Counted from the first letter of the stretch, positions 8,599 to 18,268 are shown. The stretch: 38,664 bases of DNA from an uncultured bacterium (GCA_963780225.1 CAWAAX010000017.1:1-38664); one strand, 5' to 3'. Made by a program: numbers and translations. The notes: a model not told the origin generated them from the letters alone.

Positions 8599-10236
8599 AT
8601 GAAACATAAAACATTGTTCCTGGCCTCGTGCCTCCTTCTGGCCCTGGGCTCCACCACCCTGGCCGACTACCGCTTTGAGCTCCCCCGCAATGTCTCCTGG
8701 GTCACCATCAATCCCTCGGGACAGGCCGACCTGTATTACTCGTTGACCTTCAACTGTCTTCCCGAAGGCCAGGCCATAGACATCGTGGACATAGGGCTTC
8801 CCAACGGTAGCTACCAGCTGGAATCAGCCCGGGCCAAGGTCGGCGAGGCCGTGCTCACCGACATTCGGGTCTCGGAGTACGTCAAGCCCTACGGGGTGGA
8901 GGTGCATTTGGACGAGATGTCTATCGCCCCCGGCGATTCCGGGACGCTGGAGTTCTGGGTGCGTCTGACCAAAATGCTGAACCAGGATTCCCAGGACGAG
9001 GCCTATGCCTCCTTCAAATTCTCGCCCACCTGGTACGGCTCGGAATATGTCTCCGGGACAACCTATATGGAATGCAACTTCGTCTTCCCGCCCGGCGTGC
9101 AGGCGGACGAGCCGCGCTACCACGAAAATCAGTTCACCGAGGCCTGGTACGATACCGTGGACAATACCCCGGTCTACCGCTGGGTGATGGAAACCGCCAA
9201 CCCAGATGAACAGTACACCTTTGGGGCCTCCTTCCCGGCCAGATACGTCAGCCCCGGAGCGGTCACCAAACCGGCTCCCCTGCTGTTCCGGATCATCGGC
9301 GGGTTATTCGGGTTCCTGTGGACCATCATCAAGTTCGTGCTGAACAACCTTGTCTTCTGGATCTTCGGGGCCATAATCTTCTTCGGCATCAGGAATGCGC
9401 GCAAGCGCAAGATGAAATACCTGCCGCCCGAGGTCTCGGTGGAGGGCGTGGGCATCAAGCGGGGCCTGACCGCGCCCGAGGCCGGCCTGCTGCTGGAGAT
9501 GCCGCTGGACAAGGTTCTGACCATGATCCTGTTCGGCCTGATCAAGAAGGGCGCGCTGGAGGTTTCCAGCCGCTCGCCCCAGCTTAAGTTCAAGGTGCTG
9601 GATTCAGCCCCGGCCGACCAGCCGTACGAAAAGACTTTTTTGGCTTCCCTGGACAAGCAGGGCCTGGCGCCCGAAGCCAAGCTACAGGCGCTGGTGATCG
9701 ATCTGATCAAGGAGACCAACGCCAAGATGAAGGGCTTTTCCCGCAAGGAGACCATCGCTTATTACAAGAGCATCGTCAGCCAGGCCTGGCAGCAGGTCAC
9801 CGCGGCCCAGACCCCGGAGCTTAAGACAAAAGAGCTGGAGGAGCAGTTCGACTGGATGAGCATGGACCCCGCTTACAACGACCGGATGCGCAGCCAGTAC
9901 GGTACGGGCGACGTATTCCTTCCCCGCTGGTGGGGCCGCTGGGGCTACGGCGGGGGGCATACCACCACCGGCGGAGGCGGTTCGGTCGGGAAAGGGCCGA
10001 GTATCGAAATGCCCAAACTGCCCGGCGCGGATTTTGCCAATAGGATGACCACCGGCATGGAGGGCTTTGCCGCCGGGCTGGTGGGCAAGGTGGACAATTT
10101 CACCGGCAAGATCACCGACAAGACCAACCCCATCCCGGTCAGCTCCGGCAGCGGCAGATCCAGCGGAGGCGGGGGCTGCGCCTGTGCCTGCGCCTGCGCC
10201 GGGTGCGCCTGCGCCTGCGCCGGCGGGGGAAGATGA
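8599..10236 (+). CDS. exported membrane protein (DUF2207-like layout) with Gly-rich and (CA)n C-terminal tail
   Basis: Signal peptide, extracytoplasmic domain, central TM segment, ends GGGCACACACAGCACACAGGGR. Confidence 0.7.
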   Translation: MKHKTLFLASCLLLALGSTTLADYRFELPRNVSWVTINPSGQADLYYSLTFNCLPEGQAIDIVDIGLPNGSYQLESARAKVGEAVLTDIRVSEYVKPYGVEVHLDEMSIAPGDSGTLEFWVRLTKMLNQDSQDEAYASFKFSPTWYGSEYVSGTTYMECNFVFPPGVQADEPRYHENQFTEAWYDTVDNTPVYRWVMETANPDEQYTFGASFPARYVSPGAVTKPAPLLFRIIGGLFGFLWTIIKFVLNNLVFWIFGAIIFFGIRNARKRKMKYLPPEVSVEGVGIKRGLTAPEAGLLLEMPLDKVLTMILFGLIKKGALEVSSRSPQLKFKVLDSAPADQPYEKTFLASLDKQGLAPEAKLQALVIDLIKETNAKMKGFSRKETIAYYKSIVSQAWQQVTAAQTPELKTKELEEQFDWMSMDPAYNDRMRSQYGTGDVFLPRWWGRWGYGGGHTTTGGGGSVGKGPSIEMPKLPGADFANRMTTGMEGFAAGLVGKVDNFTGKITDKTNPIPVSSGSGRSSGGGGCACACACAGCACACAGGGR

Positions 10237-10237
10237 A

Positions 10238-11113
10238 ATGTTTAGTGTTGCAGAATTAGAATACTTAAGCAATTTATCCAAAACACCAAATAAGGACACT
10301 CTTGATGCGATATATACGACACTAGTTAATTTCATCAAATATATTGATGAGGATATTGCGCCAGTTCTTGCAGGCCAACTATCATTAAAACCAAAAGAAA
10401 AAGCTATTCTTGAAGTATATACAAGAATTAAATTATGGGTAAAAACCATAATAAAGTTAAACAATTTTTATGATTTTCAAGGCAATGCGTCTGCTTTACG
10501 GTCAGTCTTTGAACTCTATTTAGATCTTCATCTTCTCGAAAGGGATATTGACGAAAAGCTTACTAGGCAGTATTTTGATTATGCTGTGGTAGAGCGATAT
10601 AGAAGTGTAAGCGATATTAGTGCATTCAACAAAAAACATCCAGAGTTAAAGCCCGATGCATTGGCTGAATATATTTTGCAAAGTTCTTTTAATCAACAAG
10701 ATATTATTAATACTATTGAGCGTAATTGGGGTTCGCCCATAAAAAACAATGGGAAAATTAACTTCCCAAAACATTGGACAAATAAAACAAGATATCAAGT
10801 AGCAAAAGATCTCGGTCCTGAATTTGAAAGTTTATATTTAGATATATATCCCAAGCTCAGTTGGTTTGTTCATTCTGATCCAACCGGCTATCAAAGAATG
10901 AATGATTTTGTTAGCATTACATTATTGTCATACATATATTTAGTAACACTACAACTACTAGAGGCTGCAACTATAATTTGTGCAAAAGAGTTTCGAATTA
11001 CACAATTTGACCCAAAATTGAAAGATAAATTATTGTTTGCAAAAGCAGAGTTCTTAACGATCCTTGTTGAATTATCAAAGAAAACATCTACAACCAACAA
11101 AACAACCAATTGA
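10238..11113 (+). CDS. DUF5677-like hypothetical protein, AT-rich
   Basis: LRSVFE and YPKLSWFVHSD motifs; true start ATG 10238 right after upstream stop (ORF track extension is a shadow). Confidence 0.6.
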   Translation: MFSVAELEYLSNLSKTPNKDTLDAIYTTLVNFIKYIDEDIAPVLAGQLSLKPKEKAILEVYTRIKLWVKTIIKLNNFYDFQGNASALRSVFELYLDLHLLERDIDEKLTRQYFDYAVVERYRSVSDISAFNKKHPELKPDALAEYILQSSFNQQDIINTIERNWGSPIKNNGKINFPKHWTNKTRYQVAKDLGPEFESLYLDIYPKLSWFVHSDPTGYQRMNDFVSITLLSYIYLVTLQLLEAATIICAKEFRITQFDPKLKDKLLFAKAEFLTILVELSKKTSTTNKTTN

Positions 11114-11730
11114 CAAATAAATCAATAACTGCTATTTCCACCATCTTTCTCGACCTGGGCAACGTAGTGCTGAATTACGACCACGGACGCAGCGCAAGAG
11201 AGATAGCAAGGTTATCGGGATGCAGGGAAAAGGAGGTTGAGTCCTTCATCTTCGGAAGCCTTAAGGACCGCTTCAACCGGGGACAGTTGACCGGAGAAGA
11301 ATTCTTTGGACTTATTAAGGACAGGTTCAACCTTAAGGTCAGCTTCGAAGATTTCCACCTGGTCTGGAGCGATATTTTTAGTGAGAACCTTGACGTTACC
11401 GGCATTCTGCCGGAGCTCTGCAAAAATTACCCGGTTTATCTGCTGACCAACACCGACATCCTGCATTTTGAGTACATCCTGGCAAATTTCCCCGTGGTCT
11501 CCAAGTTCAACCGGGTCTTCGCCTCTTACCAGATGGGAATTGCCAAACCGGACCGGGGGATATACCAACGGGCGCTGGCGGAGGTCGGCCTGCCGGCGGA
11601 TGCCGTGCTTTACGTTGACGACGAACCCGCTTTCGTGGAGGCGGCCCGTCTCTGCGGCCTCAATGCCCTGCTTTACCGGCCGGGAATGAGTTTTAGGAAC
11701 GAATTTATCAAATTTGGCCTCAGTATATAA
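11110..11730 (+). CDS. HAD family phosphatase (YihX-like)
   Basis: FLDLGNV, LTNT, GIAKPD, YVDD. Confidence 0.9.
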   Translation: MTNKSITAISTIFLDLGNVVLNYDHGRSAREIARLSGCREKEVESFIFGSLKDRFNRGQLTGEEFFGLIKDRFNLKVSFEDFHLVWSDIFSENLDVTGILPELCKNYPVYLLTNTDILHFEYILANFPVVSKFNRVFASYQMGIAKPDRGIYQRALAEVGLPADAVLYVDDEPAFVEAARLCGLNALLYRPGMSFRNEFIKFGLSI

Positions 11731-11796
11731 CACCAACCATAAAACAAATATCTAAATCCCAGGATTTAGTGTTTGGAATTTAGGATTTCAATCAGT

Positions 11797-12060
11797 ATGC
11801 GCGTAAATTTAGACAACAACCTCGGCCTTTCCCAAGGCTCGCCCTTTGCCCAGCAGGACCCGGTGATCACCGTGATCGCCATGGCCATCCTGGTGCCTGT
11901 TTGCTTCTGGGTGTATTACGACGCCAGACAGCGCTACCGTGCGCCCTGGGTGCCGTTGCTCTGGGCCATGCTGGTGTTCCTGGTGCTGATCTTCTTCCTG
12001 CCGATGTACCTGGTCACCCGGCCGCCCAAGAACCTCCCGGCTGGTAAAAGTACACAGTAA
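11797..12060 (+). CDS. small membrane protein
   Basis: WVYYDARQR...W...LPMYLVTRP; two TM segments; GC3-rich codons. Confidence 0.7.
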   Translation: MRVNLDNNLGLSQGSPFAQQDPVITVIAMAILVPVCFWVYYDARQRYRAPWVPLLWAMLVFLVLIFFLPMYLVTRPPKNLPAGKSTQ

Positions 12061-12135
12061 CAGGCTTCACCCCGCCGGACACTGAGCCTGTGGTCGAAGT
12101 GTGGCGGGACTGTAACCTCCTCGAATGGACCAAAA

Positions 12136-12861
12136 ATGATATATAAAATACTATTTCTTTTAGCCTTGCCTTTGCTGGCCTTCGCCCAGCAGCCGAAGCA
12201 GATCAAAGATATCCCTGTCCCGGCCGGCTATGCTGCGGTTGAGTATCCAGCAGGCAGCTACAGCCACTGGCTCACCCGCCGCCCGCTGAAGAACAGCTTG
12301 GAGATAGTGGACCATGCCGGCCGCCGGGTCCCGGCCGGGTCATACAGCGTTTACGCGGTGCTGGACCTGCCTCTGTTGTTCACCGGCGACCTGGAGCAGT
12401 GCGCCGATTACGCCATGCGTCTGTGGGCCGAGTATCACAAAGATACCAACCGGCTGGACAAGCTTTACCTGTTCGACTATAACGGCAGGAGGCAGAATTA
12501 CAGCACTTCCCGGCTGAGCTACCGCAACTTCCTGCGCCGGGCCTTTGCCAACAGCAACTCCTATTCCCTTAAAAAAGGCTGTGCCGTTGTGGATACCTCG
12601 GCCCTGGTCCCCGGCGACATGGTGGTACAAAACGAGCGGGGCGGGGTGGGCCATGTCTCGGTGGTAATGAACGTCTGCCGGAACTCTGCCGGGCAAAAGC
12701 TTTATCTGCTGGGCTTCAGCTACATGCCGGCCCAGGAGTTCCACATCGAGAAGGCCTTGGAGGGATACGGCAGGGAAGGCTGGTTCACTTTGGAAGGATA
12801 TTTCAGGTATCTCAAAGATTACATGGACCTGGGAACCCCGGTGCTGCGAAGGTTCAAATGA
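12136..12861 (+). CDS. DUF4846-like secreted protein
   Basis: DLEQCADYAMRLWAEY, PGD, GHVSVV, FSYMPAQEFHI. Confidence 0.8.
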   Translation: MIYKILFLLALPLLAFAQQPKQIKDIPVPAGYAAVEYPAGSYSHWLTRRPLKNSLEIVDHAGRRVPAGSYSVYAVLDLPLLFTGDLEQCADYAMRLWAEYHKDTNRLDKLYLFDYNGRRQNYSTSRLSYRNFLRRAFANSNSYSLKKGCAVVDTSALVPGDMVVQNERGGVGHVSVVMNVCRNSAGQKLYLLGFSYMPAQEFHIEKALEGYGREGWFTLEGYFRYLKDYMDLGTPVLRRFK

Positions 12862-13616
12862 ACATCAGCAGTGAAATACTATCGGTGTGGTCCCGGTTCG
12901 ATGATTTCCCCGTGGAGACCATTACCAAGGCCTGGTTTTATGGCCAGGTCCCGCCGGGCCGGGCCCGGCAGAGGCCTTTGGAGCTGATGAAGGAGCACCG
13001 TCAGCGCTACGGCACCTCCGGCAACTGTTTCGACCTGGCCTTTTGGCTGAGGGACGAGTTCCAAAAGAACGGCATTGCCTGCTGGGCCGTGGGCACCGAC
13101 CATGACCATGCCGCCCTGATGGCGCAGGATGGCCGGGGTTACAAGTATTTTTGCGACCTGGGCGACCAGTGGCTGGTTCCCCTGTTGGCCGACCCCACCC
13201 ATCCCGACTACCGGGAGGATTTGGAGCTGGAAGGTCTTTTCCCCGGGGCAAAAATAAAGCCCCGCATCTCGGGGAACATTCTGGATATCCAGTACCTCCG
13301 GCCCGGCGGCCATATCAGCCGGCAGGCATTCAATTTGACACCCCTGGAGGAGGCCGATCTGATGGCCCGGGCCGAAGCCACCCAGAACAACCTGCATGAT
13401 GCCTTGTGCGAATGCCGCATTTGGCAGGGACTAAAACGGGTGCACTGGGAGTATTCCGAAAAGAAAAGCTTCCTCAGCAATGACGAAAGCAGGATTTACG
13501 AGCCGGGCTTGAACTCCCTGGAAGAATGGGCCCAAAGGATATCACAGCGTTCCGGTATCAAATACGAGATAACCCTGAAAGCCCTGGAAATATATGAACC
13601 GTTAAAAGGGGAGTAA
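12858..13616 (+). CDS. hypothetical protein with N-acetyltransferase/transglutaminase-like Cys-His-Asp triad
   Basis: SGNCFDLA, DHAAL, FCDLGD spacing. Confidence 0.55.
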   Translation: MNISSEILSVWSRFDDFPVETITKAWFYGQVPPGRARQRPLELMKEHRQRYGTSGNCFDLAFWLRDEFQKNGIACWAVGTDHDHAALMAQDGRGYKYFCDLGDQWLVPLLADPTHPDYREDLELEGLFPGAKIKPRISGNILDIQYLRPGGHISRQAFNLTPLEEADLMARAEATQNNLHDALCECRIWQGLKRVHWEYSEKKSFLSNDESRIYEPGLNSLEEWAQRISQRSGIKYEITLKALEIYEPLKGE

Positions 13617-13622
13617 TAGGCC

Positions 13623-14057
13623 GTGCACCAAACAACCCCAAACCCCCAGATCAACAAGATCATCCTTTGGGCCGTAGCCGCGGAGCCGATGTTCCTGGCC
13701 GGGATCGCCTATTTCCTGGACCTGCAGGGAGCTTTTGGCAAGCCGGTTACCGGGGCCCCGGAGGAGATCATAACGACCGTTTTTACCCTGGTCTCGCTGG
13801 TGGTGGCGGGTCTTTCCTTCAAATTCGCCTCCCTGGCCGGCCGGGCCAAACCCGTCCCGGGGCAATTACCGGAACCGGCCGTTCCGGCGGTGGTCAAACC
13901 GATGCAGATAATTGCTGTGGCCCTGGCCGCCATCCCCGGAATATTCGGCTTCGTCCTGTTCATTTTGCTGCGCAATGAACTTCACCTTCTCCTCTTCAAC
14001 GGCGGAGCCTTGGCATTGGCCGCTTGGCACATAATGAGCTTCGAGAACTCCCGTTAA
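13623..14057 (+). CDS. membrane protein
   Basis: Four hydrophobic segments; in operon. Confidence 0.7.
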   Translation: MHQTTPNPQINKIILWAVAAEPMFLAGIAYFLDLQGAFGKPVTGAPEEIITTVFTLVSLVVAGLSFKFASLAGRAKPVPGQLPEPAVPAVVKPMQIIAVALAAIPGIFGFVLFILLRNELHLLLFNGGALALAAWHIMSFENSR

Positions 14058-14078
14058 ATAAGGATGACATGACAGATC

Positions 14079-14483
14079 GTGGATAAACTGCATAAAATAA
14101 GCCTTTCCACCGGTTCCCGCTCCCAGTTTTTGGACATCACCGGCCGGGTTCAGGAGATAATTGCCCGGGAAAAGGTGAAAGACGGCCTGGCCCTGGTCTG
14201 GGTGCCCCACACCACCGCCGGTCTGACCGTCAACGAGAACGCCGACCCCGCTGTGGTCCGGGACATTCTGGCCTCTTTGGACAAGCGATTTCCCTGGGAC
14301 GACCACTACGCCCACTCCGAGGGCAACTCGGCCGCCCATATCAAGTCCAGCCTGATGGGTTGCGCCCAGACCCTGATAGTAAAAGACGGCCGGTTGGCCC
14401 TGGGAACCTGGCAGGGACTGTATTTCTGCGAGTTCGATGGACCGAGGAAACGGGAGGTCTGGGTGAAAATTGTGGAGGGATGA
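14079..14483 (+). CDS. yjbQ: second YjbQ/UPF0047 family protein
   Basis: PHTTAGLTVNENADP, GNSAAHIKSSL, LGTWQGLYFCEFDGPR. Confidence 0.93.
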   Translation: MDKLHKISLSTGSRSQFLDITGRVQEIIAREKVKDGLALVWVPHTTAGLTVNENADPAVVRDILASLDKRFPWDDHYAHSEGNSAAHIKSSLMGCAQTLIVKDGRLALGTWQGLYFCEFDGPRKREVWVKIVEG

Positions 14484-14512
14484 AAAATGGAGCCTTAAAA
14501 AGGCTCCATTTT
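14483..14512. terminator. bidirectional terminator
   Basis: AAAAATGGAGCCTT-A-AAAAGGCTCCATTTTT type inverted repeat. Confidence 0.75.
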
Positions 14513-14520
14513 TCTGGCAT

Positions 14521-14635
14521 CCGGTGGTTTCGATACACCCCGCCGATGACCGAGTGGTTGTACGACTATGCCAGAACATACATTATTGCCGGTCGGACAA
14601 CTGTATCGAGGGCCGGCGGAGCACTCAACCACCGG
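14521..14635 (-). repeat. long TGAG/CGAA-family palindromic element
   Basis: CCGGTGGTTTCGATAC...ACTCAACCACCGG with nested stems. Confidence 0.8.
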
Positions 14636-15056
14636 TTGCAAACCTTTTCCTAAACCCCTCAGGCACAGGCAATACTTTCTTGGCCTGATAATCATAGAAC
14701 ACTATCCCGGTCTTGGCCCCGGCCACGGGGCCTCCGGTCTTGGCATTTGTGACCTGGTAGAAGATGTCGCAGCCGGCCCGGGAGAAATCCCCGGCGGTTA
14801 CCTGGAACTTCAGTACATCGCCGTAAAAGCACTCGGCCTGGTAGACGATGGCCGCGTCGGACATGATGATCCCCGCGCCTTCGACATCATGCTCGCTGTA
14901 ACCCATGCTCTTTAGGAACCTCAGCCGGGCCTCGTGGATCAGCCCCAGCAGGGCATCGTTGCCCAGGTGCCCGCCGTAATTGATGTCGGTGATCCGCACC
15001 GGCAGCTCCGTTTCGAAGCTGAATTTTTGGGGAAGCTCTATCTTTATCCGGGCCAT
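14625..15056 (-). CDS. acyl-CoA thioesterase (4HBT/FcbC hot-dog fold)
   Basis: VRITDINYGGHLGND...HEAR; AAGGAAG RBS before ATG 15056. Confidence 0.9.
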   Translation of the reverse strand: MARIKIELPQKFSFETELPVRITDINYGGHLGNDALLGLIHEARLRFLKSMGYSEHDVEGAGIIMSDAAIVYQAECFYGDVLKFQVTAGDFSRAGCDIFYQVTNAKTGGPVAGAKTGIVFYDYQAKKVLPVPEGFRKRFATGG

Positions 15057-15124
15057 GTTTTCTTCCTTTATTATTTGCTTGAATTGCGGTGGCCTTTGTA
15101 TTATACTATAAATCGTGCTTTTTC

Positions 15125-15475
15125 GCCACAGAGACACAGCGGCTCAGAGAAGTTTATTCATCTGGATTAAAGAGGCAAGAACATCGAAGTGCTTTTTTAA
15201 AATCTCCGTATCTCTGAGACTCTGTGGCAATTTCGGTAAAACCCTATTCCCTTTTTTAATCCCCTCTGTGTCTCCGTGCCTCTGTGGCAGTTTTGGTAAA
15301 ATCCGATCGCCCCTTTTTAATATCCTCTGTGTCTCAGTGTCTCTGTGGCAGTTTTGGTTAAGCCCGACCTCTCCCTTTTTAATATTCTCTGTGTCTCTGA
15401 GCCACTTCGGTAAACTCAGTGCATCGCTCTGTGGCAATTTTGGTAAAATTCTCCATACCTCTGGTTCTCTGCGGC
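15125..15475. repeat. tandem ~60-bp array of CTCTGTG...CTCTGTGGCA units preceded by one inverted arm
   Basis: Units TTTTTAA..CTCTGTGTCTCnGTGnCTCTGTGGCArTTTTGGTAAA at ~60-61 bp period; inverted GCCACAGAGACACAG at 15125. Confidence 0.9.
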
Positions 15476-15513
15476 AACCCCGGGAATAAACCAAGCCTTT
15501 TGAAAGTATATAC

Positions 15514-16047
15514 TTGGAACAGCAAACCGATCAAGCGCTTATAGAACAGACCCTGGCCGGCGACAACCTGGCCTTTAACCTGTTGGTAAACCGTTACCAG
15601 AAGGCGGTTTACTCTGCGGCCGCCCGTATCTTACGCGATCACGACCAAGCCGACGAGGCCGCCCAGGAGACCTTCGTAAAAGCCTATTTCGCCCTTAAGC
15701 AATACGATCAAAATTACAAGTTTTACACATGGCTGTTGCGGATCTGCCTTAATTTGTGCTACGACCAGCTGAAGAAACAAAAGCGCCAGGCGCCTTTGGA
15801 CGAAGCTTTTGAGCATCCCGGCCCCGACCCGGCCGAGATATTCGCCAGTGATGATGCCTGTAGGAAAATAAGAGAAGAGATAGACAAACTGCCGATGGAC
15901 CAGAGAATGGTGGTGCAGTTGAGGGTGGACAAGGACCTATCGTACCAAGAGATCGGCCAGGCGCTGAAGATACCGATCGGGACCGTGATGTCGCGGCTGT
16001 CCCGGGCCCGGCTGGCGCTAGGGAAAAGTTTGAAGGAGATATTATAA
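15514..16047 (+). CDS. ECF RNA polymerase sigma factor
   Basis: AFNLLVNRYQ, AAQETFVKAY, FYTWLLRI, SYQEIG...GTVMSRLSRAR. Confidence 0.95.
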   Translation: MEQQTDQALIEQTLAGDNLAFNLLVNRYQKAVYSAAARILRDHDQADEAAQETFVKAYFALKQYDQNYKFYTWLLRICLNLCYDQLKKQKRQAPLDEAFEHPGPDPAEIFASDDACRKIREEIDKLPMDQRMVVQLRVDKDLSYQEIGQALKIPIGTVMSRLSRARLALGKSLKEIL

Positions 16048-16086
16048 TGTACGGACACGGCATGCCGTGTCCCGACAGTGAGAATC

Positions 16087-16935
16087 ATGAATAGATCAGA
16101 TACACATACATTCACGCCGGAGCAGATCGGCGCCTACTACGACGGCCAGCTGGCGGAGGCCGAGCGGCTGGAGCTGGAGCAACACCTGAAGCAATGCTCC
16201 GCCTGCCAAGCCGTTTTAACCGAACTGTCCCTGGTGGATTCATCGGTGCAGAAGGCGGAGGGCGTTTCCACGCCCGAGGGCTATTCCCAGACCTTCGGCT
16301 CGGCCGTGGCCAACCGCATCGCCCAACAAAAACTGGCTCCGCAGAAAGAAACCAAAAAATTCAGCTGGGGCTGGATCACGGCCGCCGCCGCTTTGGCCAG
16401 CTTAGGCCTGGTGCTGGTCTCCGGCGACCTGACCAAGCCCCGCCTGTACCGCTCCGTTCCGGAAGAACAAAAGGCCGTCCTGTCCCAAGCCCAGGAGGCT
16501 TCACCAGCCCCCGTTGAGGAAAAGATGAAGGACCAGGCCCCGGTCCAGAGTTCAAAAAGTCTTGATGCTCCACCGGAATTGAACCTGGCCGAAGCTCCCG
16601 CCGAAGAGGCCAGAGAAGAGACACCTGCCCAAGAGACCCGGAAGATGGAGACCGCCCCGGAGATGGAACTGGCCGCTTCCATCAGTTCCCAAGCGGTTGG
16701 CTCTGCCGGGACAGCAGATAAGAAAGATCTGGCCGCAAAACCTGCCGCAGTACAGTCCCCGGTCAAATTGGCTTCAGCCCCGGCTCCGGCCCCGGTTTCT
16801 CCGGCTTCTTCGCAGGCCAGCCCTTCCTCGGTGGAGACGGTAACGGTGATCGAGATCTGCCTGCCCAATGGCGATACGGACTGTCCCGAACCCAAGATAA
16901 GGTCGGCCATTCAGATAAACCTTGGCGGTATCTAA
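16087..16935 (+). CDS. zinc-binding (zf-HC2) membrane anti-sigma factor
   Basis: HLKQCSAC motif, single TM, Ala/Pro/Glu-rich tail; follows ECF sigma. Confidence 0.88.
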   Translation: MNRSDTHTFTPEQIGAYYDGQLAEAERLELEQHLKQCSACQAVLTELSLVDSSVQKAEGVSTPEGYSQTFGSAVANRIAQQKLAPQKETKKFSWGWITAAAALASLGLVLVSGDLTKPRLYRSVPEEQKAVLSQAQEASPAPVEEKMKDQAPVQSSKSLDAPPELNLAEAPAEEAREETPAQETRKMETAPEMELAASISSQAVGSAGTADKKDLAAKPAAVQSPVKLASAPAPAPVSPASSQASPSSVETVTVIEICLPNGDTDCPEPKIRSAIQINLGGI

Positions 16936-16942
16936 AAAGGTA

Positions 16943-16972
16943 TTGACATCAATATGAAGTTTAGTTTATACT
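16943..16972 (+). promoter_or_regulatory. sigma70 promoter, probably leaderless mRNA
   Basis: TTGACA-N18-TATACT, 6 nt before ATG 16979, no SD. Confidence 0.6.
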
Positions 16973-16978
16973 AATCAC

Positions 16979-17617
16979 ATGCCGGTATACAAAATATTAG
17001 TGGTCGATGACGAGGTCAACATCGTCAAAATCATGGAGTTCGAGCTTAAGAAGAACGGTTACGAGGTCTTTACCGCCAACGACGGCGCCGAGGCCTTTGA
17101 ACTGGCTAAGCAGAACACTCCGGACCTGATCCTTTCGGACATCATGATGCCCAGGATGGACGGTTACGAGCTATGCCAAAAGGTCAAGGAACTTCCGGGC
17201 ATGCAGGGGACTCCGTTCATTTTCCTGACCGCCAAGACCGGCATGGAGAACCGCATCCAGGGCTATCTGCTGGGAGCCTCCAAGTATATCACCAAGCCCT
17301 GCAGCCGCCAGGATCTGATCAAGGCCATAGACATGCGGCTGAAGCTGGCCGAGCAGGCCAAGAGCCTTTTCGCCCAGAAGGCCAAGAAATTCACCGGCGA
17401 CCTGTCCATCATCTCGGTCTTCAGTTTACTGGACATGTTCTTCATCGGCAATTGGAGCGGCTACGTGGAGATGGAGTCCAGCGACGGGCACCGGGGACTG
17501 CTGGAGATAAACGACTCCCGGATAAGCGCCTGGAACCTGGACGGGAATAACGACGAGGCCGCGCTGGGAAACCTGCTTTCCTGGACCCAGGGAAAATTCA
17601 CCGCCGAGCATGTTTAA
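16979..17617 (+). CDS. response regulator receiver with DUF4388-like C-terminal domain
   Basis: ILVVDDE, SDIMMPRMDG, FLTAK, YITKP; FTGDLS...SG...W..GKF tail. Confidence 0.88.
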   Translation: MPVYKILVVDDEVNIVKIMEFELKKNGYEVFTANDGAEAFELAKQNTPDLILSDIMMPRMDGYELCQKVKELPGMQGTPFIFLTAKTGMENRIQGYLLGASKYITKPCSRQDLIKAIDMRLKLAEQAKSLFAQKAKKFTGDLSIISVFSLLDMFFIGNWSGYVEMESSDGHRGLLEINDSRISAWNLDGNNDEAALGNLLSWTQGKFTAEHV

Positions 17618-17618
17618 C

Positions 17619-17642
17619 AAAACCCGCTGAATAAGCGGGTTT
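17619..17642. terminator. intrinsic terminator
   Basis: AAAACCCGCT-GAATA-AGCGGGTTTT. Confidence 0.7.
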
Positions 17643-17677
17643 AATTTTTAATAATTATTAAAAAAGAATTACAACAC

Positions 17678-18268
17678 ATGAAGCAAACTTTGAAAATAAT
17701 TGCGTTATTAAGTTTTCTAATAGCAAATCCTTGTTTAAAGCCCCTTTTAGCAGTGGAGGGAGACACTTCTTCGGTTGCTGTCCAGGAAACTGTTATTGAT
17801 AAATGGAAATTATCCTTTACATTACCTTCCAATAAATGGCACTTGGCTGAATCTAAAGAGGACCTGGAAAATAAAAAGGCGTTACTTCGGTATGAACGGG
17901 AGGCTCTCATTGATTCCAATGGTGTTTCGGTTTACCCAAACATTGGGGTAATCTTTGAGGAAGTACCTAAAAAAATGAATGCTGTTAACTACTCTATTAA
18001 TATTCGGACTCAAATGGGTTCAAGGTTTGGAAAGATAATAACAGCTACAATACATGGTGATAGCACCTACCCAATAAATCTACAAAATGCTCTAGTATAT
18101 GTATGCCAGAACAAAGATTCTGAAAATATTGAGCATACTGTTATTTGGGTCCATTCTGTTAATAAACGTATTGGCACTAAGGTAATAATGGACGTAACCT
18201 CAAACTTATATGGTTCCATTAGAGAAGAGTTCATTGCCTTTCTTAAATCACTAAAGGATATTGAATAA
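17678..18268 (+). CDS. secreted hypothetical protein, AT-rich
   Basis: Signal-like N-terminus, 196-aa ORF. Confidence 0.7.
   Translation: MKQTLKIIALLSFLIANPCLKPLLAVEGDTSSVAVQETVIDKWKLSFTLPSNKWHLAESKEDLENKKALLRYEREALIDSNGVSVYPNIGVIFEEVPKKMNAVNYSINIRTQMGSRFGKIITATIHGDSTYPINLQNALVYVCQNKDSENIEHTVIWVHSVNKRIGTKVIMDVTSNLYGSIREEFIAFLKSLKDIE

Noticed and set aside
10067..10237. N-terminal extension of the 348-aa ORF
   Set aside because: Alternate-frame shadow of the upstream gene's GC-rich tail
15115..15494. ORFs of 124 aa (+) and 116 aa (-), or a CRISPR array
   Set aside because: ORFs are translations of the 60-bp repeat; variable segments are too short for spacers
4210..18268. Integron cassettes explaining AT-rich singleton genes
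   Set aside because: No RYYYAAC...GTTRRRY attC structures seen after these genes and no integrase
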